Of a stretch of 64,000 bases of DNA, positions 37,300 through 47,266 are shown in pieces. The stretch's first letter is position 1. Each line of letters starts with the position of its first letter. The notes below the pieces were generated by a model, which was not told the DNA's origin, did not search any database, and saw nothing but the letters and a program-made list of their open reading frames with translations. The position numbers and the translations under genes are program-made. Origin of the DNA: Limisphaerales bacterium (GTDB taxonomy: Bacteria > Patescibacteriota > Microgenomatia > UBA1400 > PJMF01); assembly GCA_044350895.1 (NCBI GenBank), contig JBILGT010000004.1, forward strand, positions 3,829-67,828, in the 5' to 3' direction.

Positions 37300-38262
37300 A
37301 TGTTTACTACTAAGCCTGCCCGGCATAAGAGACCACTGCTTCACAGTGCATCGTCACGCTCAACATCACATAAGTCAAAAAGTACTCAAAGTAGTTTAAT
37401 ACAAAGAATTACGCGTTTTTTTATAGTCGCAGTAATTGTAATTATTATTTCACTTATAGCGGGCTATCTACTTTATACAGCCATTTTAAGTAATGCAATT
37501 AAACTGCCTGAACCACAGACAATTGTTCTTGTTCCACATTCTTTGGATAGTTCGGAAAGTAGAGTGCTGGTAGTGCATGTCGCTCCAGAAATGACTGATA
37601 GCTATATTGTGAGCATCCCCGGCAACCAAGAAGTCCAGCTACCGGCAGGTTATGGAACGTACAGACTTTCTGCAATCTATCCACTACTCACGATTGATAA
37701 AAAGGATGCGCAGTTTCTAACTGCGAGTTTTAGTAGAAGCTTAGGAATTATTGTCGATGATGTCTATGGACTTGAATCACTTAATTTTGGAGAAGTGACT
37801 TTTAGCCGCGATATATTTCACTTAGTCACGCAACAGTTGTGGCAGTCACATACACTCCGATTGGAAGCAATTAAGCTGTGGTACTTTGCTCGAAAAGGTA
37901 TTCCGCTGGAACATGCTGACTCCATCACGCAAGTGCAACAGATTATAGAAAAGCACCGCAAAAATAACTACTCATTCCAAGAATGTCCAATTGGGGTGTT
38001 GAATGCCAGTGGCCAAGCTGGTGCTGCGGGTACACTGAGTGATTTGTTTGAGAAAAGTGGACTGCTAGCTATTCGCACCAGTTCTTATCCCAGTGATGAA
38101 CCAACGACAACCATTTATCATGATGGAAAAGAAACCTGCAATAAAGTTCTGGATATGACTGAGCACGTTTTTGTACAACACCCTGAAATGAAGCTTGATA
38201 CAAGTATAACAACTCAATACCGAGCACCAATTGTTGTACTTATCGGAAAAGACTTCGAGTAG
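37300..38262 (+). CDS. LCP-like protein with LytR C-terminal domain
   Basis: N-terminal TM; VSIP; VLNASGQAGAA...TTIY...IVVLIGKDF. Confidence 0.8.
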   Translation: MFTTKPARHKRPLLHSASSRSTSHKSKSTQSSLIQRITRFFIVAVIVIIISLIAGYLLYTAILSNAIKLPEPQTIVLVPHSLDSSESRVLVVHVAPEMTDSYIVSIPGNQEVQLPAGYGTYRLSAIYPLLTIDKKDAQFLTASFSRSLGIIVDDVYGLESLNFGEVTFSRDIFHLVTQQLWQSHTLRLEAIKLWYFARKGIPLEHADSITQVQQIIEKHRKNNYSFQECPIGVLNASGQAGAAGTLSDLFEKSGLLAIRTSSYPSDEPTTTIYHDGKETCNKVLDMTEHVFVQHPEMKLDTSITTQYRAPIVVLIGKDFE

Positions 38263-38263
38263 T

Positions 38264-39022
38264 TTACTCTTCAAAATCTGGATTCGTTGGGCGACGTTGT
38301 TCGCGTTGGCTGTCAAGTTCTTCCACTTCATCCTCTTCGCCATCAACAGCTGCATCATCATCTTCAAAATCCTCGATGAGGATACGATCATCTAGGTCCA
38401 ACTGATTATTGCTGGTTTTACTTGGTGGGAATGAGTGAACATCAACATTTTCTGGTGAGCGGGTGAGCTCTTTAAGATACACTGTGCACTGATTATTGCT
38501 ACAAGAGTGGATACTACAGTGATAGGTATTTCCTGTCTGAATCAGTTTGGTGAGTCTAAAAGAAATATCTTCAGGAAGTGCCCCGACATACTTGCCATCT
38601 TCAGTTTCTACGGAAATATAGCGATTCTTCAACTTGAGTGAACAAGGCTGACTAACAGAGAGACAGTCCAACACTTGTCTGCCTGAAAGGCGGTGCAGCT
38701 CTACAATTTTGGTTTTACCTGGTTCTTCAATAAAATGATTGCGTGTAAATGCAGGAGAAGGTGGGATTTGATTTGTCTTAATCCGTTCCAGTTGCTTCTG
38801 TGCAATAGGATTATGCTTATCAATCTCTAAGACCAGCTGAAATGCCTCTTTGGCAGCATCATTGTTACCAAGCTGCATGTGAGCCATGCCGAGGCGGTTT
38901 AAGCCACCTACATCCTGGGGGAACTGATGCAGGATTTCTTGATTGAGCTCAAGTGCTTTTTGCCAGTCACTTGCTTTAGCAGCAGCGATAGCGAGGGTTT
39001 GGAGTTTGGAGACTGTGTTCAT
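38264..39022 (-). CDS. TPR-repeat protein with acidic tail
   Basis: N-terminal TPR (WQKALELNQEIL...LNRLGMAH...AFQLVLEIDKHN); beta-rich C-domain. Confidence 0.8.
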   Translation of the reverse strand: MNTVSKLQTLAIAAAKASDWQKALELNQEILHQFPQDVGGLNRLGMAHMQLGNNDAAKEAFQLVLEIDKHNPIAQKQLERIKTNQIPPSPAFTRNHFIEEPGKTKIVELHRLSGRQVLDCLSVSQPCSLKLKNRYISVETEDGKYVGALPEDISFRLTKLIQTGNTYHCSIHSCSNNQCTVYLKELTRSPENVDVHSFPPSKTSNNQLDLDDRILIEDFEDDDAAVDGEEDEVEELDSQREQRRPTNPDFEE

Positions 39023-39147
39023 ATCTTTGTGTACTTCAAATAACTAGGAAGAATACCGATCTTAGAGTGAGAAGTCAATAATTGATTCTCGCTTCTAGGC
39101 TACTTCCCTGAGGGAGGGTATAATAACCGAAGAGAAAGGTTTTGTAT

Positions 39148-39717
39148 ATGGCAGGTCACAGTAAATGGAACAATATCAAACAACGTAAAGGTGCTGTTGA
39201 TGCAAAACGTGCCAAAATCTTTGCACAACTTTCTAAACTTATCAGAATTGCTGTCAAAGAAGGTAAGTCTGAAAACCCACAGTTCAATCCATCCCTCCGT
39301 CTTATTTTAGAAAAAGCACGAGCAGCCAACATGCCCAAAGAAAATATTACCCGAGCAATTGATCGTGGTATGGGTCGTGGCCCCGGCGGTCCAATCCAAG
39401 AAATTCTCTATGAAGGGTTTGGTCCACATGGCATTGCAGTTTTAGTGCATGCTGCCACCAATAATGCTGCTCGCACCGGTGCAGATATTCGCTTCATTTT
39501 TAGTAGAAATGGGGGTTCCTTAGGTGGCCCTGGTTCTGCACAATATATGTTTGAGCGAAAAGGTATGGAGTTCGTCCCAATGATGCCGATGGACTTGGCT
39601 GAAGAACAATATTTGGAAGTCGCAGCCCTCATTGACGAGCTTGAAGCCTACGACGATGTTGAAGAAGTGACTACAACTTTATTACTAGCTGAGGATTCTG
39701 AATCTACAACTGCCTAA
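39148..39717 (+). CDS. yebC: YebC/PmpR-family protein (short form)
   Basis: MAGHSKWNNIK, NPSLR, NMPKENI, YEGFGPHG and GGSLG. Confidence 0.93.
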   Translation: MAGHSKWNNIKQRKGAVDAKRAKIFAQLSKLIRIAVKEGKSENPQFNPSLRLILEKARAANMPKENITRAIDRGMGRGPGGPIQEILYEGFGPHGIAVLVHAATNNAARTGADIRFIFSRNGGSLGGPGSAQYMFERKGMEFVPMMPMDLAEEQYLEVAALIDELEAYDDVEEVTTTLLLAEDSESTTA

Positions 39718-39718
39718 C

Positions 39719-40486
39719 ATGAGAAGAAGAGAAAAATTCGTCATTGCCGCCATCGTGTTGAGTGTTTTCCTGTTTTTCGTACAGTACACTAGTTTGGAGT
39801 GGCGCTACTGGGTAATGGGCGGTTTCATGGTCATCTCGTACCTTATTTCAATGTGGTGTCTGTCCGACGATTTGCAACGACATGAGCGTGTGACGATTGT
39901 GCCACTGCCTGCACTCTATGCAGGCGCTGTAGGACTCTTTTACTTTCTCCTTCCAGAAAGTTTAATTAGTAAAGTCTTTGTGCTGGGTATGTTTGGTATT
40001 GGTATGTACGCACTATTTCTGACGAGTAACATCTATTCTGTTGCCAAAGGGCGAACAATCCAGCTCCTGCATGCTGCTCACGCGATAGGATTTTTGTTTA
40101 CTTTACTGACCTCGTTATTATTTGCTAATACCATCTTTTCACTGCGCTTACCGTTTTATCTCAATGGCTTACTGATTGGTCTAACTCACTTCCCACTCAT
40201 TTTTATGTCGTTGTGGTCGGTTAAGCTGGAAACGTATATTCGTAAAGAACTCTCCATGCTCACGACACTCGTGACACTGCTCTTAATTGAGTTCGCGATT
40301 GTGCTTTCATTTATGCCACATTCTGTCTGGTATCAGGCGTTGTTTATCATGTCATTCATGTATTTAGGAGTGAGTATTCTACGTAGTTTCTTGGCAGAGC
40401 GCCTCTTTATGAATGCCGTCACCGAGTACAGTTTGGTTGGCGTTTTCGTTTTTGCCCTGTTTTTGTTAGTTTTCCCCACAAAGTAG
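39719..40486 (+). CDS. Polytopic membrane protein (DUF5656-like)
   Basis: About 8 hydrophobic helices; LTSNIYSVAKGRTIQLLHAA pattern. Confidence 0.65.
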   Translation: MRRREKFVIAAIVLSVFLFFVQYTSLEWRYWVMGGFMVISYLISMWCLSDDLQRHERVTIVPLPALYAGAVGLFYFLLPESLISKVFVLGMFGIGMYALFLTSNIYSVAKGRTIQLLHAAHAIGFLFTLLTSLLFANTIFSLRLPFYLNGLLIGLTHFPLIFMSLWSVKLETYIRKELSMLTTLVTLLLIEFAIVLSFMPHSVWYQALFIMSFMYLGVSILRSFLAERLFMNAVTEYSLVGVFVFALFLLVFPTK

Positions 40487-40500
40487 AGAATTGGTAAAAT

Positions 40501-41605
40501 TCCCGCCTGGACACTCGAGGAAAAGAGGAGAGGCCAGAGGAGAACAGTCTGGTACCAGATATTATTGGGTGTGCACAAATAATGTCTGGTACTGCACACG
40601 TCTAACGTATATTAATTCACAAATTACTCGAGTAAATGGCAATTATTTCTAGTAAAGTGGAAAAAATTATTGCAAAAAAAAGGAGGGGATGCGGGAATAA
40701 ATAAACGGGGAGACCAGGCGTAGAGAAGAGGGGTGATATAGTTTGATACCATCGAAAATGTGGATAACTTTGATAATTATAGGACTTAAATGCGCATTCA
40801 CCAGGCTAAAGCATACCAAATTCTTACGTTTAGCAGCTGAGTAGTGTATACCGTGAAAACTAAACATCGAATGCATTTTAGCCTGGTAGGTGTGCTCTAG
40901 GGTAGGCGTGAAAAGTAAATAACCCGAAGTGCTTTTGACAGATAAATCAGTCTAAAATAGCTAATTTTAGCAATATGCCGAGAGTGCTTTTCCAGGTGTA
41001 CTAGTAAGGTTTGAAATGTGCATTTGCAATACGATTCAACTCAAGAAAGAGTACCTACTTTCAAAACAGTATGTCCAAAACAGTAATTTTCCACCCCACT
41101 CTTTTAAAAGGGGAGTTTTTGGCAGGGATCTGAGCCGCAAACCCAACATTCATTATGTCGCACAATATTACTTTTACGACATAAACAAAGTTTAAATCGA
41201 GGGAGCATTTCCGTACTTTATATATTTGATTTTTGTAGCTTTTGTCAGCTTTGTTTGTACACTGTTTGTTTTTGTGTACCAATTACCCTGTTGTCTACAT
41301 TCCTCTTTCTTTTTGGATGACTAAACTATCCCTTTAATAAATAAAAAGCCGTTTTTGGGCGTTTTAGAGGGTCGTTTTACGCCTGGTGTACTCGAGTGTA
41401 AATAAGCGTCAAAATAGGCGATATAGGTAGTAAAAGCTCTGAGTGGAGGCTGTATATGCCTCAAAGTCTGTTTAGTATGGCTAGCTATCTAGATCAGTCC
41501 TCTGGATGTTTTACCTGATTTGTTTGCTTACTGCGAATCACCTCAAGTGTTTGTATGTATTCTGATTAACGTGATCATACATACTACAAACTGATTCAAA
41601 ACAAA
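40501..41605 (+). ncRNA. Candidate large structured non-coding element
   Basis: 1.2-kb gap with no credible gene; TGGTAAAAT promoter-like box at 40492-40500; many hairpins and 5'/3' long-range complementarity. Confidence 0.45.
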
Positions 41606-41711
41606 TATAAAATAATCAATAGTGATCAAATAATAGCTTGATAAGCCAACTTTATTAAAACTGCATTGAAATTAGCAAAGAAGTGTATGTTCTGCTAAAC
41701 TGAGGCTGCTA

Positions 41712-43103
41712 CTAATTTTTGGGAGTTGGAAACAAGTAGTTACGTAACGTAATTGTAGGTGTGGGACAAATCTTGTCTTTACACAGTGCGCCAAAATACT
41801 GATCAGCTATATAGACTGATTGCAGTAGATATAAACTCAGGACGGCCACCAAGATTGTTAGTTGCCACTGCTTTTTAATGACGCCAAATTGAAGCAGCAT
41901 AAAACCTACCACCCCTACCCCTACTACACTCCGCAAGTAGAGCGGAGGTGGAAACTCAAAACCGGGGAATTTGACAATGCCAATGTTATTAATCAAGGTA
42001 ATGAGTATTCCTAAAATGAGAGGCAAGTAGAGTCGCTCTTTAAAAGCAAGGCCGGCGGCAATGCCGAGGAAGCTAAAGAGTGGCAGCTTATACCAACCCA
42101 GCATGTCTTGTTCTGCGCTGGTAATCCATACAACCACAAACATGGCTGCGATCCACATTTTTAGGTATCGATGCTCAGTGTCTTTTGAAATAAGAAAAAT
42201 CGACATGCCTGCAAAGAGCAGGACATAGTAACTAAAATCGAGGATTGGTCGAATGTGAAAGCCAGGGTGCGAAAAAATAAATGCAGGATTCCCCCATCCT
42301 ACCAATCTAAACGACTGTTGCTTGAGTAACCTCAAAAAAATATGCCAATCAATATGCAGCGCGTATGCAGCATGCAGTATTCCGGTGCCAATCAAACTTG
42401 CAGCTGTATAGAGTACTGCTTTTTTATACTGTTTGTTGAGTAAGAAGCCAAAACACAGCAGTGGCAGAATCAGTAACCCAGTGGCTTTGACGGTGGCAGC
42501 CAAGATGGTGGCCATAGCAAGATACCAAATTGATTGTTTCTCAATGTAGAGGTAGTACGCCAATAAAAAGAAAAAATTTAAAGCGTTTTCAGAGACAACC
42601 ATCCGTTGCCCAAAGAATAGTACTGGACTCATACCCACGAGCAGCAGTGATCCAAGTGCGGGATAAAATCCAAAATGCTTCCGAGAGATCAAGAAGATCA
42701 GTGCGAGCGATCCACAACCAAGTAGAACCATTGGAAGTCTGTATTCAATAGATGGTGGAATGGTGGGAAAGATATAGCCACTGAGCGAGCCTTGGAATCC
42801 AGTCCAGAGTGGTATAAAAAACATGTGATCGAGCCACGGCTTGTTGTATTTGTAGATCTCGTTGCTCTCAAAACCAACAGTGGCTGGTTCAGTGTTGTGC
42901 CATTTAATTGCTGGAATATCAAAACTCGACCAAGAAATTGGTATCCCATATTGGTATAACGACTGGCCTGCAAAAATATATGCAAGTTCGTCAGCATCAG
43001 CGGCATATGGAATGTACTCTAGTTTCCATAATCTGACAAAGCAACCCACTCCAAATACAAATAACAGGAGCAGTACCTTTATTTTTTCAGCGACGTTTTT
43101 CAT
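41712..43103 (-). CDS. GT-C glycosyltransferase (ArnT/PMT, GT39/83-like)
   Basis: RLWKL...ADADE..Y, RLP, VSE, K.TG and WY; multiple TMs. Confidence 0.85.
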   Translation of the reverse strand: MKNVAEKIKVLLLLFVFGVGCFVRLWKLEYIPYAADADELAYIFAGQSLYQYGIPISWSSFDIPAIKWHNTEPATVGFESNEIYKYNKPWLDHMFFIPLWTGFQGSLSGYIFPTIPPSIEYRLPMVLLGCGSLALIFLISRKHFGFYPALGSLLLVGMSPVLFFGQRMVVSENALNFFFLLAYYLYIEKQSIWYLAMATILAATVKATGLLILPLLCFGFLLNKQYKKAVLYTAASLIGTGILHAAYALHIDWHIFLRLLKQQSFRLVGWGNPAFIFSHPGFHIRPILDFSYYVLLFAGMSIFLISKDTEHRYLKMWIAAMFVVVWITSAEQDMLGWYKLPLFSFLGIAAGLAFKERLYLPLILGILITLINNIGIVKFPGFEFPPPLYLRSVVGVGVVGFMLLQFGVIKKQWQLTILVAVLSLYLLQSVYIADQYFGALCKDKICPTPTITLRNYLFPTPKN

Positions 43104-43602
43104 TTTTTACTTTCTCGTAAGTGGAGAGTTCTTTCTCGAACTCCCTCCCCTCCTCTATTTGTGAATTTTCGCTGTGACATGCAACAATCTTTATTTTTCC
43201 TGGAGCTTCTAGGACAACTCCATATCCAGTTTTTGACACAGTACCTACTTGAGGATCTTGTGGCAAGTCGAGAGATGGATCAGGGAGTATGTAGCGGAGG
43301 TTGAGACACACATCGCTGGCTATGGAACAGTGACTTGTTTGTAGTGCGCAACCTGTAGTAGCTGTCCCAATTTGGTGCATCTCGCCTGAGATACCACTGC
43401 TCAGTACTAGTGGTGAGTTCAAGTACTCAGTTAAAAATGTGAAAAATTGACTCATATCTTGAGCTCGTTTGCGATCTCGAAATTGTGGCTGTGTAGCAAA
43501 TGGATCAAGGAGCACCACTGTAATTAAAACAACTGTGGCGATAAACATGCAGATAAGGGCACCTTTAAAAAACAGCAGTGGGATATCGGTACGGATATGC
43601 AT
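43087..43602 (-). CDS. Pilin/GspG-like protein lacking the prepilin cleavage motif
   Basis: Hydrophobic helix ending LLDP, then RDRKRAQD and LPQDP; 4 Cys in the globular domain. Confidence 0.6.
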   Translation of the reverse strand: MHIRTDIPLLFFKGALICMFIATVVLITVVLLDPFATQPQFRDRKRAQDMSQFFTFLTEYLNSPLVLSSGISGEMHQIGTATTGCALQTSHCSIASDVCLNLRYILPDPSLDLPQDPQVGTVSKTGYGVVLEAPGKIKIVACHSENSQIEEGREFEKELSTYEKVKNEKRR

Positions 43603-43605
43603 TTT

Positions 43606-44202
43606 TTATGGAATAGTTATTCGTGCCCCTGTAATCATATGTGTATTCTTCAAGTACAACGCTTCATCATCATAGTTAAGGAGGCCATTATACTTTTTAA
43701 ATTCAGAAACTGGTCGTGAGAATGTTATTACAAGTGTTTCAGTCTTATGATCGATGTAAGCCAGCTCGCTACTTGTCGCAATTATGATCTCAGTATCTGA
43801 ATTTTCCTCGATAGGTTTAAGGCCAATTTGCGGAAGTGTCGAGCGTTGCACTACTTCAGTGCTTTGTACGTCTGTACCTGAAAAGCTAAATACTTCAGTA
43901 GCACCTGTATATGGTTTAGAGAACTGTAAAATAGAATATGGCATAATGAGTTCGGCATTGTATTTCATGAATCCTGGTGAGTATAAATCTCTCAATTCCC
44001 AAAATAAGACAGGATCAATGTGACCAGCTGATTTAATTTGAGAAATAAACTTTTCCATGCGGTCTGCCCGAGCTTGAGGAAAAACTATACCAGCAACGCG
44101 TGGTTGCAAAACTACATATGCCCCTACACACAGTGCGGCAATGAAGAGATATACTACTGGTATGCTTGATTCACTAAAAAAACTAGTTACACGTGCTGAC
44201 AT
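43606..44202 (-). CDS. Membrane-anchored hypothetical protein
   Basis: Single N-terminal TM; ends 3 nt before the next co-oriented gene. Confidence 0.65.
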   Translation of the reverse strand: MSARVTSFFSESSIPVVYLFIAALCVGAYVVLQPRVAGIVFPQARADRMEKFISQIKSAGHIDPVLFWELRDLYSPGFMKYNAELIMPYSILQFSKPYTGATEVFSFSGTDVQSTEVVQRSTLPQIGLKPIEENSDTEIIIATSSELAYIDHKTETLVITFSRPVSEFKKYNGLLNYDDEALYLKNTHMITGARITIP

Positions 44203-45883
44203 ATGGGCTTGTTCAATTCTATTAATTGTATCATTCTTGCTCGTCGCAGAATTGTTCTATATCCCTGCGCAACCACAGACCTTTGATGGCTGGACACATT
44301 TACTCACAATTAATGGTTTTTATCGTAGTCTTGCTGATGGAAATTTTCCAGTAGCGTGGATTGATGGCGTGGCCAACTATGGTTCCCCACTTGGCCAAAT
44401 TGCTCATCAAACAACTGCATATCTTGGTGCTGCCTTTTATTTTATAACGCATTCAACTGTCGTGAGTTACAACCTTGTTATGCTCACGGGAGCTATTCTT
44501 TCCGCAGTAGGTATGTTTGTGTTCTTGCGACTACACGTCTCCACACTCTCAGCTTTCCTTGGTGCATTTCTCTTTATTTTCAGTCCCTACAGGATATTCA
44601 ACATCTACATTAGAGGTGGGCTGCCAGAGTTTTTTGCAAGCGCAATCATTCCTCTCGTCTTACTGAGCTTACACATTCTTATTAAAAAACGCAGAATCTC
44701 AGGTTTTTTCATGCTCGTTATTTCTTGTGCAGTCTTAGTACTTACGCACCCGATGATGCCAGTGTTGACGGCATTTCTGGCGGGTGCCTATGTGACGTAT
44801 CTTTGTTGGGGAAAGTCACGAAAATTCTGGCTAGTCACAGGTGTAGTTGTGGGAGTAGCTGCTATTCAAGGTATGCTGCTGGCAGCGTACTATCTTATCC
44901 CGCTTAAGCTGGAGTCAAAATATCTCTACTATGGTGCTAATGAATCTCGCAATGTGCATGAACAGTTTCAGGTACTGGGCTTTTCAAACTATCTGCAAGA
45001 ATCTTGGGGCTATAGTAGTGTGCCAGGCAATGGAGTTCGTACACCACAACTGCAGTTGGGTATTATCGAAATGGGCATTCTGATTGTTGCTGTTTTTGTC
45101 TATGGTTTTACTCGTCGTGAAAAATCTCATGCTGTTATTTTGGCACGCGTACTCATTTTAGCTGCTGGTATCTACATACTATTCTCATCTGTTCTGACAC
45201 AGCCACTCTATCAGCGCAGTACGCTGCTCAGCTCTCTCCAATTCCCGTGGCGTATGCTGACTGGATTGCTATTTATCCCCCCTACTCTACTCGCGCTCAT
45301 GCATGCAAAGTTGCAGCATCAGCGTGCAGCTGTAGTCATAGTTGTTTTGGTAGTTGTGACACTTCGCTTCCCACAACTCTACGGTAAAAACTACGTACAA
45401 TATCCTGAGTCGCGTTACTCGTTTGGAATTGTGAATCCTCACAACGCCAATATGAATACAGTGTGGATGGGGCAAACATGGGACTACCCGATTGAAGCTC
45501 AAAAAGGCGCTATCATTGAAGGCACTGGCACAATCACTGAACGTACAGAACGCAATGGACTGCGTAAATATCAAGTGACAGCTCAGTCAGATATTAGAAT
45601 GGTTGATTATACGTTTTACTTCCCCGGCTGGAAGCTACTCGTGGATGGTAGTGAACATCCAATGGAGTTCCAGGATCCTGAATACCGTGGCGTCATTACC
45701 TATCGGCTTCCTGCAGGGAATCATTCAATTGAACTTACCTATGCTGATACTCGATTAAGATTGCTTGCCAAGCTTATCAGTATTGGTGCTATTGTGATAT
45801 GTATTGCACAAGCAGTATTTTTGTACATGAAGCATGGTATGTTTGCGACAAAAGTAGCAACATGGTACAGAAAAAGTGAATAA
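44162..45883 (+). CDS. Polytopic GT-C-like membrane protein (PTPS-related/YfhO-like)
   Basis: DGWTH, YGSPL, PYRIFNIYIRGGLPE, LQFPWR and FYFPGW. Confidence 0.82.
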   Translation: MLDSLKKLVTRADIWACSILLIVSFLLVAELFYIPAQPQTFDGWTHLLTINGFYRSLADGNFPVAWIDGVANYGSPLGQIAHQTTAYLGAAFYFITHSTVVSYNLVMLTGAILSAVGMFVFLRLHVSTLSAFLGAFLFIFSPYRIFNIYIRGGLPEFFASAIIPLVLLSLHILIKKRRISGFFMLVISCAVLVLTHPMMPVLTAFLAGAYVTYLCWGKSRKFWLVTGVVVGVAAIQGMLLAAYYLIPLKLESKYLYYGANESRNVHEQFQVLGFSNYLQESWGYSSVPGNGVRTPQLQLGIIEMGILIVAVFVYGFTRREKSHAVILARVLILAAGIYILFSSVLTQPLYQRSTLLSSLQFPWRMLTGLLFIPPTLLALMHAKLQHQRAAVVIVVLVVVTLRFPQLYGKNYVQYPESRYSFGIVNPHNANMNTVWMGQTWDYPIEAQKGAIIEGTGTITERTERNGLRKYQVTAQSDIRMVDYTFYFPGWKLLVDGSEHPMEFQDPEYRGVITYRLPAGNHSIELTYADTRLRLLAKLISIGAIVICIAQAVFLYMKHGMFATKVATWYRKSE

Positions 45884-45900
45884 CTGCGGCGCAGAATCCT

Positions 45901-46857
45901 ATGCCCGTTTCTACCAATCCTCAAATCGCACTCTTAGGTTTCCTCGAATATTTGGAAGTTGAGCGAAATGTCAGTAAGCTGACAATTCGTAACTATAACC
46001 ACTATCTACGAAAGTTTAACGAGTGGCTGCAAAATGAAAACATTGCTGATTTAAAAGATATCGACCAAGAAATTATTCGTAAATATCGGGTGTATTTGGC
46101 GAGACATATTGACGACCAGGAGCGCACGCTTTCCAAAAAAACACAGAGCTACTATGTGATTGCACTGCGCTCGTGGCTCAAGTGGCTTGTCAAACAAGAT
46201 GCTCCGGTCATTCATCCTGAAAAGATTGATCTCCCTAAAGGTGAGTCGCATCACATGCAGTTTCTGCATGCTGAACAAGTGATTGAACTACTCGCCCAAC
46301 CAATTATTTCAAGCAAAGCTGGCCTTCGCGATAAAGCGATTCTAGAGCTGCTTTTTTCGACGGGACTTCGTGTTAGTGAGCTTGTTAACCTCAACCGTGA
46401 TCAGATCGATTTTGCCACCCGTGAGTTTGGTGTAATAGGCAAAGGTCGCAGGCCGCGCGTTGTTTTTTTAAGTGCGCGTGCAGCACACTGGGTTGAAAAA
46501 TGGATTGCCTCTCGCCCCGATCACTGGCATCCCCTCTTCATAAGATTTGCCAAGAAAAAATCTCCGTTTGCGAGTGATGGTGAAGAAATGAGACTTACTT
46601 CCCGCAGTGTCCAGCGTATTGTTGAGTTCTACTGCAAGAAAGCACACCTGCCTGTTATCTTGAGTCCACATGGCTTACGTCATAGCTTTGCCACTGATTT
46701 ATTGACTAATGGCGCAGGGCTTCGTGATGTACAAGAAATGCTCGGACACAAGAGTATTGCGACTACACAAATTTATACCCACGTTACGCGTCCACAGTTA
46801 AAAAAGATTCATGAACGCTTCCATTCTGATACCAATCAGTCTGATGGCGAGAATTAG
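45901..46857 (+). CDS. XerC/XerD-family tyrosine recombinase
   Basis: RDKAILELLFSTGLRVSEL, GKG, PHGLRHSFAT and LGH...TTQIYTH. Confidence 0.95.
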   Translation: MPVSTNPQIALLGFLEYLEVERNVSKLTIRNYNHYLRKFNEWLQNENIADLKDIDQEIIRKYRVYLARHIDDQERTLSKKTQSYYVIALRSWLKWLVKQDAPVIHPEKIDLPKGESHHMQFLHAEQVIELLAQPIISSKAGLRDKAILELLFSTGLRVSELVNLNRDQIDFATREFGVIGKGRRPRVVFLSARAAHWVEKWIASRPDHWHPLFIRFAKKKSPFASDGEEMRLTSRSVQRIVEFYCKKAHLPVILSPHGLRHSFATDLLTNGAGLRDVQEMLGHKSIATTQIYTHVTRPQLKKIHERFHSDTNQSDGEN

Positions 46858-47192
46858 CAGTACTTACTAATTACTGCCAATTTGCGGTACTTGAGATAAA
46901 GATTGATATATCAATAGTATTGCTACTACACATTCTCTGCGTTAATTTTATTTGACTATTTATAAATATGTTTGGTATTGTTAGATGCTGTTATTGCGAA
47001 GTTTCTGAAAAACTCACCAGTTGGCAATTGCGAGCATTTCGTGCTGATTAGCAGCTCTTTGCAATTTAGACTCATGGAACAGTCAATTACTGATCGTTAC
47101 TATATCAAAAAATTGCTGTGACGTGAGGAACCTGTGTCTACTCTTCTCCCTTGGTGCATCTGCAAACCTTTGGTACAATACAAACTGTTATC

Positions 47193-47266
47193 GGGCCGGT
47201 AGCGCAGTTGGCTAGCGCGTCTGCATGGCATGCAGAAGGTCAGGGGTTCGACTCCCCTCCGGTCCA
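47193..47266 (+). tRNA. tRNA-Ala(GGC)
   Basis: GGGCCGG/CCGGUCC acceptor with G3:U70; anticodon loop AUGGCAU; TGGTACAAT promoter upstream. Confidence 0.96.

Noticed and set aside
40667-41282. Short ORFs 40667..40876 and 41061..41282 in the large gap
   Set aside because: Non-ATG starts, no RBS or recognisable motifs, and atypical composition.
46945-46980. dif site near the Xer recombinase (also considered TTATGTCGCAC at 41153)
   Set aside because: Only weak half-site similarity; no convincing 11-6-11 arrangement.
45901-47266. Prophage or integrative element defined by the recombinase next to tRNA-Ala
   Set aside because: The protein looks like a housekeeping Xer; no duplicated tRNA 3' end and no phage or conjugation genes were seen.
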